From positions 372,001 through 436,000 of the forward strand of contig OZ237748.1 of assembly GCA_965178125.1 (NCBI GenBank): a DNA stretch of 64,000 bases. Reading direction: 5' to 3'. Position numbers and translations under genes: made by a program. Of this stretch, positions 25,901-38,256 are shown one piece after another (position 1 is the first letter of the stretch; every line of letters starts with the position of its first letter). The DNA is from Bilabrum cf. latius. Taxonomy: Eukaryota. The notes below the pieces were generated by a model that was not told where the DNA came from, made no database searches, and worked only from the letters and a program-made list of their open reading frames with translations.

Positions 25901-27860
25901 CCCCCTGCCTCCCCCGAACCCCCTGTCTCTCATCCCCCCACCGCAGGATGGCCGCACACCCGTTCATTTGGCATCCGAGAATGGGTACAATGATTGCCTT
26001 CGATTGCTGCTTGAAAATGGGGGGGACGCAAATGCGGTGGATACGGTGAGTGAGATAAAATTTTGCTGAGGGAGAGCTTGGGCTTGTGCGTGTGTGCTTG
26101 TGGGTGTGTGTGTCTGTCCGGCTTGGGGTTGCCCGCTCCCGGGTCCGAGACCCGCTGGCAGGCCCCTTCGTGGTGCTCCCGCTGCGTTGACGGATTGGGG
26201 CCGGACACTTGTGCGCGTATCTCGGGCTGAAGGCATGGTATGGTATCATGGTTTGGACCCATTGGCTCGATTTTGGGAGCGCAATTCTGGGATCTGATTC
26301 GACGCCGGATCCGAATGGTCGCATCGGATCGCCGTTTGGAAGTTATTGGTCGTTTCGAAATGGTTCGAAGAGCTTCCTTCTCATCAAAATGTGGATGATT
26401 TTCAATGTTAGGTCGCGCATCGACGGATTGGCCGGATCCGGAAGATGCAACTGCACTCGCCTGGCCAAGCCTTAACTGGTGATCGATGGTCCATTCGATT
26501 CTCAAGCAGATAGCGGTTGGATCTGCTAGCGGGTCTGATTGTTTTCATTGTTGTGTAATTCGCCCTTTTGGCATGTTGTTGGAGGCGGGGGGTCATATCC
26601 AGCCGAGATGATCCGCCTGCTGTGGGTCCTTGCGAGAACAATGGTCGTCCATGAGTGTTTGTTCGGCGATGAAGCGATACCTGATGCATGATTTGGATTT
26701 ATTGTTTGGCAATTATGTTGAATCGAACTTGTTTGGGCCAGATCGATGGCGGCTTTGATGCTTGGCGAGCCTTGCACTGTGTGTCTGATGAACGGCTCTG
26801 TCCGGTTCGTTCTGGCGAAGCTTCGTTGGCATCGATGCAGTCGGATTACCCAGGATCGGGATGTTTGGCTGCTTGGCAAGTCAGATCAATTTGTTTAGTT
26901 GGTTTGTATGTGGATCGTGTATAAATACTTAGTTTGCGTTGGGCTTGCTGACAGAGCAACTGGATGCTGTGGATGCAGCCCGTCTCGATCGGCACTGGCT
27001 GGTCTGGAGCCGCAATGGATTCAAAGCAATGCATGTGGTTTAGGTATTGTACGGATGCATTTTTGCTTGCTTGATTGCCGTTAGTGGTGGTTTCGCAGTG
27101 CACCTGGCGCTGCCTCTTGTTCTCGGATCGCTTCCGGACCGCTGCCGCACCAGACCGAGCACATCGGTGGAATATGTGTTGCATGGATTCAAGCTCTGAA
27201 ATATCGATCGGCCGGGCAATTGCCTGAGATATTCCATGTTGGCTCAAGACCTTTCAGAACCCTTCGATTCACCCGCAGGATGGATACACTCCCCTTCACG
27301 GTGCAGCAGTCTTCGGCAACACCGCCTGCGCTACGATCCTCATGGAGGCAGGGGCCCGCAGGGACATCAAGAGCAAAGTGCGCTTCCACAGATGCATCAC
27401 AATAGCACTTGATTCCCAAATGTCCATCATGCTGCCAGATGAATCAAATGGCACTCCCACCCACGAATCCACCCCCTGTGCATCCCCGACACCCTGACCC
27501 CTCCCCTCTCCATCACTTACTTTGATTAAGCAGAATGGCAAGACTCCCGCTGAGTTGGCAGACTCCTACACAGCTGCCGCCATCCGGTCATTCATTCCAT
27601 CTCGAGTCCGTATAGCCCTGTGCTGGAGGCGGGCAGTGGAAGCCAAGAGGGATGCATCGATGGTGTTCCAGGCAGCGTGTGAGGGCAGGCCCATGGAATT
27701 GGCTAGAAGACTGAGGCTCGGCAAGCTGGCTGGTGGGTTGGAGATCAAGGGGAAAATGATGATTGATGATAGGACTTTTAGACTGGTGCTTCCAATGGAG
27801 GCAACCAGGCTGGGTGGGCATGACGATTGCGTGAAACTGCTGCAAGAGGCCTAGGGATGA
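22956..27860 (+). CDS. Ankyrin-repeat protein, copy 3 (two C-type exons)
   Basis: Exons 22956-22957, 23134-23227, 23605-23706 (102 nt), 24685-24783, 25947-26045, 27279-27377, 27534-27860. Confidence 0.8.
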
Positions 27861-29117
27861 GGTCTAGGCTGGTGTGGAGGAGGATCCCGCGTGCGGCGGG
27901 TCCGTGGACGTGGTGGAGGCGTGGGTGCGGGAGCAGCGGCTGCGGCTGTGCGAGGCCGAGCACCGGCGGGCCGCTCTGTCGTAGGCCGCGCTGGTGGGTC
28001 ACCGGGCTGCCCTCGAGGCGGAGGCTCGGGAAGCAGTCGCAATCGGATGCTGCCCATGCGAGTGGCTCGAACTCTGCCTCCGGTGGTGCCATCAATGGGC
28101 AGACGAGGGATAGATGGAGGAGGGGTGTGTGCAAACGGGGAAAGGGCGAGGGCGGAAGTTGAATGGCTGAGCGACTAGCCGTGGCGGGCAAGAGCATGGG
28201 GTGGGTCCAGCGAGGACGAGTACGACCCAGCGGACGCCTCGAAGTGGCCCGACCCCCTGCGCTGGTCCTCTCGAAGATCGACCCGAATGAGGGTGCTCTC
28301 GCGATAGGCAGCGGAATACATAGAGGCATTTGCGGGAGCCATGGCGGAGGACTGGGGAGTGGCTCCGCGACGGGAGGGCCGATGACGAGGGGGGGGCGCT
28401 GGGGGCCTCAATGGCGGGCGAGGAGAACGGAAAGGGTGTGGCTGCTGATATGGGGGATGAACACAATGGCAGTGATCTCGCTCTTGATACGATGCGCGAG
28501 GAAATTTCCGGTTCTGAGGCGCCGATCGATGGCGAGGGGGAAGACGCGGAGGACGCGCCTCGGGCGGCCAGGGGGGCGGCGGCTGTGTTGGCCAGCAAGC
28601 AGCTCTAGGCGTTCGACACGATCGGAGGGAAGAAGCCCCCCTAGCTGCCTAACCCAGAGGAAGGCATCTGAGCGCCCTGCCGGCTCTGGGTTGGGGGGGG
28701 GGGAGCAATGGCCTGGTGTGGCCTGCCAGTTCCGTACTGGGGCGGCTGGACCCGTTCCAGGCAAACCCCCGCACTGCCTCGCCAGGTTGGGGGTGCTCCA
28801 TGCAGTCCATGCGATAGAAATGCAATGCAACAACAGGCTGCATCCTTGGACATGCGGCTGCAGCCGAATTCGACCATCTTGCAACAGTTGATGTCAATCT
28901 AGCGCTTGTCGATACAAGTGTTGTAATTGAGTTTAGTGACACAATGAATTAGACAGTTTTATTTACACGGACTGCGCCAGAGGCCCATTCGTGATCTGGG
29001 CGCCTTCCCGGCAGTGCGCGGCGCTAAAACAGGTTCCGCTCACTCGAATGTGCCCAGCCGCCGCCAACGAGACTATTCTCCTAAAAGGCGCTGGTCCCAT
29101 TGTGGCAACAGTTTGAG

Positions 29118-32100
29118 ATGTAAGGTAGTATCTTATTATGTTTGGCTACTTGTGCAACTTGTAGAGGCTGATACCGCTCTGTAGCAGCTGTTGGTACAGT
29201 GTTATATCCTGGCTACCTATGGTGCGTTGAAATCTCCTCGTGGTTTCAATCCAAATGAGTCTGCTTCACGCGATCCGTACAATACTTCCGTCGATCTTCA
29301 AGCTTCACAGGGGAGATGCGCTTCGATTAGCAGCCGAAAATGGTGAGGTGGACGACCTGATGGCCTGCCTGGATTCGGGAACGGACATCGAATCCAAAGA
29401 TAGCGTGAGCTTGTGAACGTCTGACCGGGCTTTTGGATTCCTCCTTGATTGGATATGAATACTAAGACCCGAAGGTCCCCGCACAGGCTGTCACGGAGCT
29501 CACCAGTGATCGGATGACGGCGATCCACCATTGGGGACCTGTTGCACGCCATTGATTCATCGGCGAGCCAGGGCGGGGGGCAACTTGGGGAAGCTGGTTC
29601 CCTTTTGTGTTGCTGCTGCTATATGTACATGGCAGTGGCATGCACCTCTTGTTCTGCTGGCACTCCGCGCCTGGCCATCAGTGGATCCTCATCTCTCGCC
29701 ACCAGGTTGCTCACTTCCTTCGGGGTCTTAATGCCATCCACGGCTTCCTACCAACGGTTTAAGCTTTCTTCAGTGCATCACAGGATGGTTGGACAGCAGC
29801 TTTGTTGGCTGCGTGGAAAGGCAATACGGACTGCCTGTCGCTGCTCATCGAGAGGGGCGCCAACGTGAACGCCGCCGATATGGTGAGAGAGATAGGGAGG
29901 CTGCCTGCCCAACAGGGAGGTTTATAGTCGGTACCTGGGATATTCTAGTTGGCTTAAGAATTTATCATACTGTTTGTACCCGTTCAAGTGGCTAGTATAG
30001 CATCTAGCTAGCTCCTCGTCGATCGACCCGAGCCTCCGAGCATGTGCTCCCCGGTGGTGACTGACGAGGTCTCAAGGGGAGGCGCGATTTGTTCTTGCTG
30101 TCTTGTGGACGGGGTCGATTGCATGTTAGTATAGTTTGACCATGTATGTCTTCAAGTATTCGTGCAAGGTAGTTTTGCCATCGCTCAGCCCCGCCCACCT
30201 GGCCCACCTGGCTCCCGTGCTGGGTGCGGCAGGTGAGTGGTGGCTTGCAGGAAGCGGATTTACCAGAGTTATGTCTGAGTGTTCGAGGCGACTGCCTATT
30301 GCTTGGTTGACTTTGTATACTTCCTCTGTTGAAGGATGGTTGTCGATCGATGGCAGCTCCCCGGGGAAGGACAGGACTGGCCTGTGTGACGAGCATTCAG
30401 CTGGATCCTCATTGCCTGGCTTGCGCCTCCGATGGGCAGAGTTCAAGGAGTTTGCACTGATCCGTACATACACAGTATGACATAGATGTGATTGATTTGA
30501 GTCATTTGTCTTTCAGGACCTGCACAGCCGGCAAGGCGGCCGCTGCCCATTCCCCCAAGAGGGCCCCTCGGCTATCTCAGCCCACAGACAGATTCAGAGG
30601 CCGGGACCGGTCCCTGTCGTGATGGCATGGCTCGATAGAAAGACTGGTGAATGTTTGGATTGGTTTTGATTTTAGTGAGTTTGTCCCTCGAGCGGGAATT
30701 GACCCGGGGACTGCGCCCCAAGGGCCCAGAGCGACTCCCACCGGTCCATCTAAACCCCCCAACACCCCCATCATTCGCCCCATGCCTGCAAACACCCACA
30801 CCCGCACCCGCCCAAAGCACACCTCCAGCTCCCCCCCACGCCCTGTCTCCCATTTCCCCACCGCAGAATGGCCGCATACCCGTTCATGCGGCATCCTACC
30901 ATGGGCACGATGATTGCATCCGAATGCTGCTTGCAAATGGGGGAAACGTGCATGCGGTGGATGAGGTAAGAAAAAGAGAAGTATGTTGAGGGAGAGGTTA
31001 GTCTTGTGAGTGTGCGCGCTCGTTTGTACGATGGGTGTGTGTGTGTGTCTGTCCGGCTTGGGATTGACCACTCCCGGGTCCAAGACCCGCTGGCAGGTCC
31101 CTTCACGGTGCTCCCGCTGCGTTGACGAATTGGACCTGGACACTAGTGCGCGTATATTGGGCTGTAGGTATGGTATGGTATCATAGTTTGGATTCATCGG
31201 CGTGATTTTGGGAGCGCAATCCTGCGATTAGATTCGACTTCGGAACCGAATGGTCGCATCGGATCGCCATTTGGGAGGGATTGGTTGCTCTGAAACAACC
31301 AAACGAGGTTTGTTCGAATGAACTTGTGCATAGATCTAGTTTGTCTGGTCAGTTCGTGCATTGACGGGTTGACCGGTTCTGGAAGGAAGTAACTGCGCTC
31401 GCCTGGCCAAGCCTTGGCTAATAGTCGATGGTCCATTCGATTCTCCAGCGGAGAGTGTTTGGCTCAGTTGTCGGGGCTGATTATTTTGATTACAGTGTGT
31501 TTTGGCCTTTTGGCATGTTGCTGGAGGCGGTGGGTCATATCCAATCGCATAGAGCGTCCTGCCGAGGTTGCTCGCGAGAACAGTGGGCGTCCATGAGCGT
31601 TTGCTCGGCGATGAAGCGATGCCTGATGCATTATTTGGATTTGTTGTTTGGCATCAATGATGAATCGTGCGATTGATGCTTGACGGGCCTTAGGCTGTGT
31701 GTCTGAACGGCTCTGTCCAGTTCGTTCTGGCGAAGCTTCGCTGGCATCGGATCACCCAAGATCGTGATTTTGGGCTGCTTCACCAGTGGAAATCAATCTG
31801 CTTGGTTTGTTTGTTTGTGGTTCATGTATTGAATTACTTGGTGCTCGTTGAGCTTGCTGACAGCGCAACTGGATGCTGTATGATCAGTTTTCTGCAGTCG
31901 TTTGAGCACAGCACCTGAACTCTGTGGATGCAGCTCGTCTTAATCGGCACTGCCTGGTCTAAAGTCGCAATGGATTTAAAGCAATGAATGTGTTCTAGGT
32001 ATTATACGGATGCAATTGGTTTGCTTGGATTGCCGTTAGATATGGTTTCGCAGTGCACCTGGCGCTACCTCTTAGTCGTCGGCTCGCTGCTGCCGGACCG

Positions 32101-32831
32101 CTGCCGCACCAGGCCGACCACATCGGTGGAATATGTCTTGCATGGATTTAATCTCTGAAAGATCGGTCAGCCGGGCCGTTGCCTGAGATAATCAATGTTA
32201 TCTAATGACCTTTCAGAACCCTCCGATTCACCCGCAGGATGGAGACACTCCCCTCCATGATGCAGCGTACTGGGGCTACACCGCCTGCGCCACCATCCTC
32301 ATGGAGGCAGGAGCCCGCAGGGACATCAAGAACAACGTGAGTTTGTACAGATGCATCGCATTAGCTCTGGATTCCCCAATGTCCATCACTCTGCCAGATG
32401 AATCGAAGGACACTCCCACCCAAGAATCCCCCCCCCGTGCATCTTTGACCCCATGAACCCTCCTCTCTCCGTCGCTTTCTTTGATCCAGCAGAGAGGCGA
32501 GACTCCCACTGAAGTGGCAGACTCAAGGGGCAAGTCTAAAACCGCTGCCACGATTCGCTCGTTCATCCCCCATCAAGTCCGAATAATGATTCGTTGGAGG
32601 CGGGCAGTGGAGGCCAATAGGGATGCTGGGATGGTGTTCCAGGCAGCGAATGAAGGCAGGCCAATGGAGCTGGCCAGGAGGCTGAGGTTGGGCAAGCTAG
32701 CAGGGGGGTTGGAGATGAAGGGAACTGTGACATTTGATAGTGGCACTTCTGGGCTGGTGCTTCCACTGGAGGCAGCCAGGCTGGGTGGGCACGACGATTG
32801 CGTGAAGCTGCTGCAGGAGGCCTAGGGATGA
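29118..32831 (+). CDS. Ankyrin-repeat protein, copy 4
   Basis: Exons 29118-29119, 29311-29404, 29784-29882, 30867-30965, 32238-32336, 32493-32831. Confidence 0.82.
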
Positions 32832-34117
32832 GGTCTAGGCTGGTGCTTCCACTGGAGGCAGCCAAGCTGGGTGGGCACGACGATTGCGTGAATCTGCTGC
32901 AGGAGGCCTAGGGATGAGGTCTAGGCTGGTGCTTCCACTGGAGGCAGCCAGGCTGGGAGGGCACGATGATTGCGTGAAGCTGCTGCAGGAGGCCTAGGGA
33001 TGAGGTCTAGACTGGTGCTTCCACTGGAGGCAGCCAGGCTGGGAGGGCACGACGATTGCGTGAAGCTGCTGCAGGAGGCCTAGGGATGAGGTCTAGGCTG
33101 GTGCTTCCACTGGAGGCAGCCAGGCTGGGAGGGCATGACGATTGCGTTAAGCTGCTGCAGGAGGCCTAGGGATGAGGTCTAGGCTGGTGCTTCCACTGGA
33201 GGCAGCCAGGCTGGGACGGCACGACGATTGCGTGAAGCTGCTGCTGGAGGCCTAGGGATGAGGTCTAGGCTGGTGCTTCCACTGGAGGCAGCCAGGCTGG
33301 GTGGGCACGACGATTGCGTGAAGCTGCTGCAGGAGGCCTAGGGATGAGGTCTAGGCTGGTGCTTCCACTGGAGGCAGCCAGGCTGGGAGGGCATGACGAT
33401 TGCGTGAAGCTGCTGCAGGAGGCCTAGGGATGAGGTCTAGGCTGGTGCTTCCACTGGAGGCAGCCAGGCTGGGTGGGTACGACGATTGCGTGAAGCTGCT
33501 GCAGGAGGCCTAGGGATGAGGTCTAGGCTGGTGCTTCCACTGGAGGCAGCCAGGCTGGGAGGGCATGACGATTGCGTGAAGCTGCTGCAGGAGGCCTAGG
33601 GATGAGGTCTAGGCTGGTGCTTCCACTGGAGGCAGCCAGGCTGGGAGGGCATGGCGATTGCGTGAAGCTGCTGCAGGAGGCCTAGAGCGGTACGACCAAA
33701 TGTTAACAGGAGAAATCGTTAACGGTTGCAACCTCTTCGACGTTGCAGTTCGATGCACCAAATCTTTGAATCCATTGTGCACAGCAAGATGCAGCCTGCA
33801 GGTGGTGGTGCACGCTTATTGGATAGCTTACCCAAGTCATTACCTGGATTAGAGGCATATGTACCCAAGTGGGCACAATAGAACTCAGAGGTGTTGGACG
33901 TGGTAGTCCTGTTGCTCAATCTGTCGATGTCGTAAACCGACGGTGGTTTACGGCTTGCTGTTGCTCTCCTGTGCAAGATATCAGAATCTGACCTCACAAG
34001 ATTGGGGCCCTCAGAAATTATGTAAATTGACATTAAGTAAATTAAGTAAATTAAGGGCCGAAACACATATATATGTACAAATTATGGTCTTAATATGAAT
34101 ATCTATGGATATTTTGA

Positions 34118-36721
34118 TCACGTAGCACCCGCAACAGGCAAATCCGCGGACTCCTGAGCTCCAGTGGCCGCACCATCTGTGTCGATCTCGACGTCGCCAA
34201 GGCCAAGTTGGCACCATTCGTCCTGCTCACGTATACCTCCACCATCTAGAACCTTACGCAGGTCTTCTCGCATCTCCGGTGCTTTTGCACGAAGTCCGCT
34301 GCGCGACATCCATCTCGATGCCCAGTCTTCGATGAATGTCGTCGGGTTTGCCCGAAGTAGCATGACATCCTGGACTGTACTGATGCGTCGGCTTCCCTGC
34401 CGCTGATTGCTGCACACAGCAGCGAGCATGGAAAACTTTCTTTCCATGTTCGAGCTGTTGAGGCGTAGGTTGGCAACATCGCGCATGGCCTCGGCGTAGT
34501 GAAGCAACTGCTCCTGGTCGGACCCTGTAAGCTTGTCCTTCACATCCTGCACATATTTCCTCCACGCTTTACCGACCTCACAGGAACGATCAAATAGCAC
34601 TATCTTGTTCTCATGCAGGATGCGCGCGGTTTCCACAGCAGTTTCAAGCATGTCTGCGTTGAGCTTCCGCCACTTCGCAATCTCACGAAGTGCAACCAGA
34701 GCTGCATCACGCTCGTTCCTATCAGCCTCAGAGTGAACTGGCTGCACCGGGCTGCCATGCTACAAGCAACCGTAAATTGTTTTCATGGCCTGGAAGTATC
34801 GTGCCTTTCTCTCAGTGGTTCTGCTCCACGACTTGTGGGTCTGATCGCAAGCTTCCTTGACCCCTCGCACCAGCTCGTCAGCCTTCTCCCGCGACACACC
34901 GTCCTTCGTTAGGTCCTATTTAGCGCTCTCCAGTTCTGCAGCACTTGCTTCGGCTGATTTTCCCACCCTCTCCAAGAGCTTTGTAACTTTATGGACGGAG
35001 GACAGCAAGTAGTCGTCCCCTTCCACAAGCCGGGACACCTCGTTGGTGTACTGAAGCTTGGAGTGGAGGTAGTCGAACTAGGCAATTGCCTGCCGCATGC
35101 CAGCTCTGACGTCATCGTCGGAAGCCTTCAGCAATTCACTGTCCTCTGTCAAAGCAGTCGGGTTCTTGACACCAAGCATCACCAAGAAGCCTGGGAGCTT
35201 TCCACTCGTCTTGTCCTTCCGCTTGGCTTGAATGACCATGCACACCCGCCGCAGCTTGATCAAAGCAGCGTACTTATTCTATTTTAGATAGTCGATGAGT
35301 CGTGCTAACAGGCCCCACCGAGTATCTGGAAAGAAGAGCATTGGCTTCCGGAGCTTCGCGCGAGTCAGCTCAGCCATCCGATCCTTCATCCCGGAAACGC
35401 GGAAGATGTTCTGCAGTCTAGCATAGAACTCCTTGAGAAATGGAACCTTCGACCGCAGATTTGACGCAAACCTGGCAATGCCATGATTTGCGCAGACCAC
35501 GATATCGTCAACTGAGAGGCCAAATGCCTCTGTTGCAGTCCGGTTGTCATCAGCGCCGTCTGCCGCGATGCTCACCACTTGATCCTTCGATACTCCAACG
35601 TGCTCTAAGGCCTTTTCAAGGAGCACTTTAGCATCAGCACCTCTAGAACCCTCAACTAACTGCAGACTTACCAGGAAGTCCCTACCAGTTGAAAGGCTGC
35701 GGATCGACACTCCGAACACTTTGGTGGTGGATGACTACCCACCCTTGATGTTGCCCCCGTCGAACTCCATCTGAAGATACTCGCCTTGCAAGCTTTCTCG
35801 CAGAATGGTAAGCATGCCATCTTTGTCATCAGAGACAGCTTCTACTCGCCGATTCCTCATTGTAGACTGCGACACTGCTCCTGCAGCCTGAGCTTTTCGG
35901 ATGATGTCCGGCCACGCTCTGATCTGCAGGAGCCTAGACGCGCCCGCGTCCGAGTTTGACTTCATCCCGACCTCAAGGATTATTCGATAGAGCACACCAG
36001 CTGCAATACCCTGGCTCTGCTTGGACATGCTAGATAGCACGGTCGTCTACCCTCCTCCGCGGAAGTGACGCGCTATGCCGCGCGGCGGCACGTGCAGCTC
36101 TAGCTACTTCCCTTCCGGCATTTTCTGGTTCTTTTTGAACACAGAATCGAAAGCAAATATCCTGCCCTCTGCGTAGACCAGCCCATCATTAACTGGTTTC
36201 ATACCATGTTTCTCTGCCAGAGCGTTCGGCACAATGAACACAGCACCAGAGCTACGCTCCAGAATGCTGAACATGTCATCATATCTACTGCGAATAGGCG
36301 GCCTTCGCTTAGGATTGGCCCAGATATTTCCAGCCAGCATCGCCTCAGATTTTTCGACCACGTGATACCTGGCATGCACGGCGGCGAGAGCTTGCTGTCG
36401 CAGCAGCAGCGCTGTCTAGGATTTTTCATCACCATGACCACCCACGACCTCCTTGCAAGGCAAAACAGGCTTTCCGTCAGAGTCATACTTGACATTCAAC
36501 CATTTCTCCTTCGCTAATTTGCGGTCATCGTCCATCATCGCTTCAAGTTCGGCTTTGAGGGCTGCTGCGGTTAGCGGGATGCACTTCTCTGCTAACTTCT
36601 CATAGTGAGATATGAGGTCCCTATAACTAGGCCCCGCAGCCTTCTATGAACCATTGGAGACACTAGTGCGCGATTTAACTCTTCTGGAAGTGGTTTTAGG
36701 TGCCCGCCGGGACCGTTTCAT
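34118..36721 (-). CDS. hAT-family DDE transposase, 867 aa if TAG is sense
   Basis: One frame from ATG 36721 to TGA 34118 joins five ORF-track fragments, with 9 internal TAG and no TAA/TGA. Motifs MEFDG, IAADGA, CANH (CxxH), DTRW, SSNMERKFS. Confidence 0.88.
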
Positions 36722-36865
36722 GCCTGCCACGTAGCCTGCGCGAAGTGCAACTGACCAATACGCACAAAAAAAATCATCCAATTAAAAAACAAAGGGCACC
36801 AATGAGTTTATCTACTTAATTACAAACTAACGTTGCATAAATTTATACTCGTAATATCCTCCTTA

Positions 36866-38256
36866 ATGGTTTTTCGGAGCCTCGATTTACTAAATGGCTT
36901 CGGCGAAAATTAACTAAATCTGATTTTCTGTTTTGTAAGGTCTGTATCAGATTCGTTCGCACCTGAACTTGGGACACATGCCATCAAATTAACTGATGAG
37001 TAATGTCGCGTAGCGTATTCGATCAGCCTTGAACGTGGGAAGTAGCTTGCAGGATGGGTGCTGTCCAGGCTCGGTGTTGACAAGCTGAAAATGTCACGCC
37101 GAGCCATGGCCAATGTGCTTCAGATGTTGCGATTGACTTATTATCACCAACCATACTGAAGTAAGCCCGGCTTGAGGTCCCTCCAGGCCTGGTGGGTCGA
37201 AAATCGACGTTGCCGCCTTGTGTTGTGGACAAACTGTTCGATTCGGTAGGAAATTTTGCCGAAGCAGGACATCCGCTCACCATCAAGTAGATCAAAAGTA
37301 TGGTAAATGCGTTGGTATGTCGTGCGGCTGAGCTCAACGCGCAGGTGCAGAAGAAGCGAGGCAGGCGGAAGCAGGCGGCAGTGGATGTGATGGTAGTAAA
37401 GCTGTCAGATGACTGGGTTCGCAAGCAGATTGCCTAGCGTGATTAATCTTTACAACGAGCAGGAACGATCGAGCACGGTGGGGACGTTGTATCTTAGGCG
37501 GTTGTGTCCAGATGCTTCGAGAAGCTGGCAGCGGTCGCTGAGGAGTTCAACATTGTTGGCAAGCACCAGGTGCCGGATGATACCACTGCAGCTGCAGCGA
37601 ATGCAGAGCACAGTAGTGAGAGAGCCCTTGCACTGCCAGGACCAGCGACTGAGGCAGCCGTGACATGGGTCGTATCCGGTCGCAAGCGGAAGAGGCGGAG
37701 GGGCTAGCGAGGCAAGTCGAAGATGGTGCCTCTTGCCGAGCAACGAAAGAAGGTTGGCGGGTCCTTTACAGCCATCACTTTTGACCAAGCGCAAACACTG
37801 TCGATGAAGTAGGTGCAGATCGACATGATCGACCGAATCGAAGAGAGCGGACTGCTCGAGAGTGCCAGTGGGCGGGGGGCTGCCCGAGGCGGGCAGACTC
37901 GAGCTTTGAGGCACAGCACTGCCGCGATGCAAGACCCGGGCGGTTCCATAGCATCTATGGACTATCCAAAGGCAAAACAACTCGGGCGGGCTGAGGCACG
38001 AGTAAAATAGCTGGAGGAGCAGCTCGAGCAAGCGACCACGAAGCGCCGTGTCAAGGCGAAGCTCACCGTACAGCACGTCAACACTGTATCGCGGGCGCAA
38101 AACAGCTTGAGCGAACTGCAATAGTCGATTACAACAGAGGGTGGGGCCGGTGATCGCAAATTTCAGCAGAAACTGGCTGCATTGTAGGAGCTCCTTGACA
38201 AGGCTTGCTCGGCTTGGCAAGACCATTTGGAGGTCCTGCGCGAGGTCTCGGGATGA
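36866..38256 (+). CDS. Second gene of the transposon: basic/coiled-coil protein, possibly Myb/SANT-like, with one frame discontinuity
   Basis: ATG 36866 frame is open (TAR read as sense) to about 37159. An overlapping frame is open 37081-38256 (TGA) with GHPLTIK[TAG]IKSMVNAL, GRKRKRRRG and RVK[TAG]LEEQLEQ. Joining them needs an indel or small intron at about 37085-37155. Confidence 0.55.

Noticed and set aside
34118-36721. Pseudogenised transposase (and pseudogene ankyrin copies)
   Set aside because: All interruptions are TAG in a single frame with intact motifs, and the ankyrin TAG is conserved across paralogs. Recoding explains this better.
37003-37080. TGA=Trp readthrough from ATG 37003
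   Set aside because: An alternative TGA-free frame from ATG 36866 covers this region, and all other genes terminate at TGA.
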